Positions 61,071 through 64,000 of a DNA stretch of 64,000 bases are shown here, in pieces. Origin of the DNA: Elusimicrobiota bacterium (lineage in GTDB: Bacteria; Elusimicrobiota; Elusimicrobia; UBA1565; UBA9628); NCBI GenBank assembly GCA_016234805.1, contig JACRNU010000028.1, positions 2,973 through 66,972 of the forward strand. The letters are read 5' to 3'. Below the pieces are notes generated by a model, which saw nothing but the letters and a program-made list of their open reading frames with translations, was not told the DNA's origin and made no database searches. Made by a program: the position numbers and the translations under genes. Position 1 is the stretch's first letter. Each line of letters opens with the position of its first letter.

Positions 61071-62884
61071 TGGAATGCCGACATTCGGCGCTGTCTCAGG
61101 CTCGCCACAGCATCTCGAAACCCCTCGCAGGCGGCTTCTGAAAGGCCAAGTCCTTCCTTAATAAAAATCCTATCGGCAAGGGCCTGTGATTCCGCCAGGT
61201 CGCCTTGCCGGACGAGCTTCTCCAAGGATGCGAGTTTCCCTGCGCCAACTCGCTGACGAAGCCGCGCAACGGGGACGACCAGCCGCGCGGCTTCTCGCGG
61301 CTCGATCTTCAGCATGCCTCCGCCAAGCGCATGCCCCTCAATCTCCGCGCTCAACTGTGAGAGCGACGTAAGCCACGCCGCAGAGAGAACCTCCGACGAA
61401 ATCCCCGGCGTCCTGAACCGCAACACATGCAAGTTGTTCGGAGCAACTGCCCCTGCGGAGTTTGCGATTAATCGCGGTGCAGTCCCGCTCATGTATGTCA
61501 GGAAACAATGCGGTTCGTAAACGTGGGGGACAGAGAACCACGGATCTCGGGAACGACACTTATAAGAAGAGGGGACTCCGCGCCGTACGCCATGACGGAG
61601 ATAAGCATTGACCTCGGGATCGTCCGTTCTTTCGCAGAGATAAAGCAGAAAACCCGCATTCTCGGATTCCATGGCGCAGGCCAAATCGTCAATAGAGAAA
61701 ACCGTGCCGCTGAAGGCTCGGCCATTCAGAACAGCCGGTCTCAAGAACTTGCGCGGAATCTTCCAGTGGGCCAGACTCCGCTTCGAAAGGTGGAAGAATT
61801 CATTACTGCCAGTGACATATCCGATGCCGATATTGCAGTGCCGACCTAGCTGCAGGTCTGTTTCCGCTCGCAGGGCGCCATAAAGCCTTCGGGTCCTCGC
61901 GCCCACGAATTGAAGCGATAGTCGGAGCGAATTCTCTCTCAGCAGGCTTTGCGGGAGAGGAGAGCCCTCGCTCTCTTCAAATGACCTCAGCGTGCCTGAG
62001 TTTGCAAGGTCATAATGAAAAGCTCCCTCGCAACCGGAGCCCTTATGCTCACAAAGAAGCAGGACCGCGTCTTCGCTGATATCAGGGAAGAGCCGTTTCC
62101 GGAAAGTCAGGATAGAAACCCTCCTGAATGATTTCTGGAGATAACCGATAACCGGCCTTGCGTACGTGGCGTAGGTGAGTTCCATGGGAATCACCATCGC
62201 CAAGCGGCCGCCATCACGCAAAAGCGCCGCGCTCAGCACCAGAAACGGCGCCCAAGAACTAGAGAGTTGGCTAAGGCCAACGCCGATATCCATAGCCCGA
62301 GCGAGCGCGGCTTGCCGCTGCGGTCCAGCGAACCGCTGATAGCGAATAAAAGGCGGGTTGCCGATTACGGCATCGAATTCCGGCAACGATTCGCGCTCCA
62401 CATCGAAAAAATCGGATCTGATCAGATTCCCATCCGCGACCCCGAATTCGTCGCGAAGCATTGAGACGATCCGAGAATGAACGCTCTTGTCGATCTCGAC
62501 GCCATAAATCTGACAGCCCGGATCGCCTCCAATGGCGTTGAACCGCTTGGCGGCTGCCCGAAGGAAAACTCCTCCGCCAAAGCTGGGATCGATTGCTTTG
62601 TCGGTTTTGTTCCGAATCGCCCAGCGCGCGAGGAATTCAGCGATTTCGACGTCGGTGTAAAACGCGCCGAGGGCCTTCGCAGTTTGAGGATTGGAGGCCG
62701 TCGGATAGAGAGGCATGCCGTTTGACAATTGATTATAGCATGTACCATCAATCGACAAATCCAATAGGAGCTGATTTTCTTCGGCGTTCTTGGGTTCCAT
62801 ATACCATATACGAGCGACCCCGGAATTAGTTCCCTCCGCCGACGAAAACACCGGAAAACCCTGCTTCATGGCGCTTCCGGGCAT
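61067..62884 (-). CDS. N6-adenine DNA methyltransferase (gamma-class, Eco57I/TaqI-like) with a C-terminal target-recognition region
   Basis: Motif I is AIDPSFGGGVFL and motif IV is VIGNPPFIRYQ, in the order I then IV. Confidence 0.8.
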   Translation of the reverse strand: MPGSAMKQGFPVFSSAEGTNSGVARIWYMEPKNAEENQLLLDLSIDGTCYNQLSNGMPLYPTASNPQTAKALGAFYTDVEIAEFLARWAIRNKTDKAIDPSFGGGVFLRAAAKRFNAIGGDPGCQIYGVEIDKSVHSRIVSMLRDEFGVADGNLIRSDFFDVERESLPEFDAVIGNPPFIRYQRFAGPQRQAALARAMDIGVGLSQLSSSWAPFLVLSAALLRDGGRLAMVIPMELTYATYARPVIGYLQKSFRRVSILTFRKRLFPDISEDAVLLLCEHKGSGCEGAFHYDLANSGTLRSFEESEGSPLPQSLLRENSLRLSLQFVGARTRRLYGALRAETDLQLGRHCNIGIGYVTGSNEFFHLSKRSLAHWKIPRKFLRPAVLNGRAFSGTVFSIDDLACAMESENAGFLLYLCERTDDPEVNAYLRHGVRRGVPSSYKCRSRDPWFSVPHVYEPHCFLTYMSGTAPRLIANSAGAVAPNNLHVLRFRTPGISSEVLSAAWLTSLSQLSAEIEGHALGGGMLKIEPREAARLVVPVARLRQRVGAGKLASLEKLVRQGDLAESQALADRIFIKEGLGLSEAACEGFRDAVASLRQRRMSAFQ

Positions 62885-63059
62885 GCGCTGATTTCCTTCC
62901 CCTCTACCAGTGAATCCGTCTCACTCAGGGGTTGCCTGGCCGCCTGACCGGACCCAAATTCAGACCTTCCGACCTTTCCGAAGGCTAGCGAACCCGTCGA
63001 AATCTGGACTGCGACTAGAGCGCACATGACTGCGCCTCTCTTGCTAACATATCCTCAAT

Positions 63060-63602
63060 ATGACCGACTGGAGGAGATGTTCTCCCGCAGGGGGCGAGCG
63101 AAATCTGCGCCATCATAGGATCCCCCTGGCCTTGCTCCTTTGCCTGACAGCCTGCTCGGCCACCCTCCTCCTGCTGAAGGCCGATCTGTCCTCCGTCGTC
63201 GACAATTTCCACGCCCAGAGATCGGAACGCATGATCCTGGATGCCTGGAGGCGGCAGGCTGTCGAAGCGACCCCCGCCGAATGCCTGGAACGGCCTGGGA
63301 TCTGCACCGGCAAAGTCGTTGTCTGGACCATAGCCAGGGGCATTCCCACCCCAATCCATTGGCTCAATCCCGACCAGGTGCCGCCCCTGCGCAGACGAGG
63401 CAGCCAGTTCGAAGCTGTGGCGATCGTCAAGCGCGTTCTGCCGGACAGCATCGAAGCGGTCTTCTTGGGCAGCCCGCAGGCAGCCTACGGCGGCACGACT
63501 TTCAAGAGCGGTTTTGGTTTGGCTCACGGAGCGCAGGAAATCGGGATTTCCACAAAGACGCTAGAGGCAATCCGGAGCGCCGTAGGACCCGCAGACGAGT
63601 AG
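63060..63602 (+). CDS. Hypothetical lipoprotein
   Basis: The lipobox is LLLCLTAC|S. There is strong third-position G/C bias on the plus frame. The stop lies 7 nt before the aroA ATG. A competing antisense ORF (63015..63527) was rejected. Confidence 0.5.
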   Translation: MTDWRRCSPAGGERNLRHHRIPLALLLCLTACSATLLLLKADLSSVVDNFHAQRSERMILDAWRRQAVEATPAECLERPGICTGKVVVWTIARGIPTPIHWLNPDQVPPLRRRGSQFEAVAIVKRVLPDSIEAVFLGSPQAAYGGTTFKSGFGLAHGAQEIGISTKTLEAIRSAVGPADE

Positions 63603-63609
63603 AGGCGGC

Positions 63610-64000
63610 ATGAGAGGCATCACGGTCAAGAAGCTGGCGGCAGGCAAGTCCCTCCAGGGCGAGGTCAAGGTCCCTGGTGACAAGTCCATCTGCCACCGGG
63701 CCCTCATCCTGGGCGCCATGGCCCACGGCGCCACGCGCATCCAGGGCATGACCCAGGCCGACGACGTGGGCTCGACCTGGACCTGCCTGAGGGAGGTAGG
63801 GATCAACATCGTGTCCCGCTGCGAGGTGACCACGGTCTCGGGCCGGGGCTGGAGGGGCCTCGTCCAGCCGCGCAAGACCCTCGACGCTGGCAACTCAGCC
63901 ACGGCCATGCGCCTCATGATGGGCTTGCTGGCCTCCAACCCCATCGCGGGCACCATCGGCGGGGATGAGTCCCTCTCCAAGAGGCCCATGGCCAGGGTGG
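63610..64000 (+). CDS. aroA: 3-phosphoshikimate 1-carboxyvinyltransferase (EPSP synthase), N-terminal fragment that continues beyond the window
   Basis: My own translation is MRGITVKKLAAGKSLQGEVKVPGDKSICHRALILGAMAHGATRIQG...LDAGNSATAMRLMMGLLAS...GDESLSKRPM. PGDKSI.HRA, GNSAT.MRL and L.KRPM are hallmark AroA motifs. Confidence 0.9.
   Translation, partial: MRGITVKKLAAGKSLQGEVKVPGDKSICHRALILGAMAHGATRIQGMTQADDVGSTWTCLREVGINIVSRCEVTTVSGRGWRGLVQPRKTLDAGNSATAMRLMMGLLASNPIAGTIGGDESLSKRPMARV

Noticed and set aside
60252-63059. Search for mobile-element hallmarks around the R-M island: flanking direct repeats, an integrase, or a tRNA target.
   Set aside because: None was found. Only short chance similarities (for example cttgaccgcc versus cctgaccgga) appear in the flanks. 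The island call therefore rests on composition and gene content alone and is not labelled a mobile element.
63015-63527. 170 aa minus-strand ORF competing with 63060..63602 on the plus strand.
   Set aside because: The plus frame has strong third-position G/C bias, a lipobox-type N-terminus and a stop 7 nt before aroA. The minus translation is Gly/Ala/Arg-rich without features. Confidence in the plus call is still only moderate.

Overview
High-GC bacterial chromosomal segment (about two-thirds G+C by eye), densely coding. I call 52 protein-coding genes. I saw no rRNA, tRNA, CRISPR array, transposase or integrase. The ORF track prints GTG/TTG starts as M and often extends real genes upstream through open high-GC frames, so many starts below are re-set to the internal ATG that fits the neighbouring stop, often as an ATGA stop/start overlap.

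Content by theme:
(1) Acyl-CoA and butyrate/isobutyrate metabolism. This comprises a carboxyltransferase beta subunit, MeaB, fused isobutyryl-CoA mutase IcmF, a thiolase / 3-hydroxyacyl-CoA dehydrogenase / crotonase / acyl-CoA dehydrogenase operon, a fused phosphotransacylase-butyrate kinase, and a second acyl-CoA dehydrogenase followed by EtfB and an EtfA fused in frame to a 4-hydroxybutyryl-CoA-dehydratase-like domain.
(2) A translationally coupled polyamine operon: APC permease, class-III aminotransferase, homospermidine synthase, ornithine/lysine decarboxylase.
(3) Envelope glycan genes: GT2, several GT-C-type membrane proteins, O-antigen-ligase-like with TPR, LysM protein, CtpA protease.
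(4) An 8.5 kb run of seven exported or unknown proteins (37.8-46.4 kb), including a signal-peptide caspase (C14) fused to 11-12 Cys-bracketed Sel1 repeats and an HExxH protease.
(5) A TolC-RND efflux operon with no adaptor gene.
(6) Accessory modules: a wHTH-MNT/HEPN toxin-antitoxin pair with an operator-like repeat, and a visibly lower-GC type II restriction-modification pair next to a YcaQ/AlkZ-like gene.

Non-coding and structural observations: a roughly 50 bp GC-rich palindromic repeat family (3 copies), a 60 bp duplication of the icmF 3' end bracketing a type IV pilin-like gene, an 8 bp tandem duplication that frameshifts a secreted-protein gene, and a near-consensus promoter implying a leaderless mRNA.

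All functional calls rest on motifs I recognise by eye. No database search was run.
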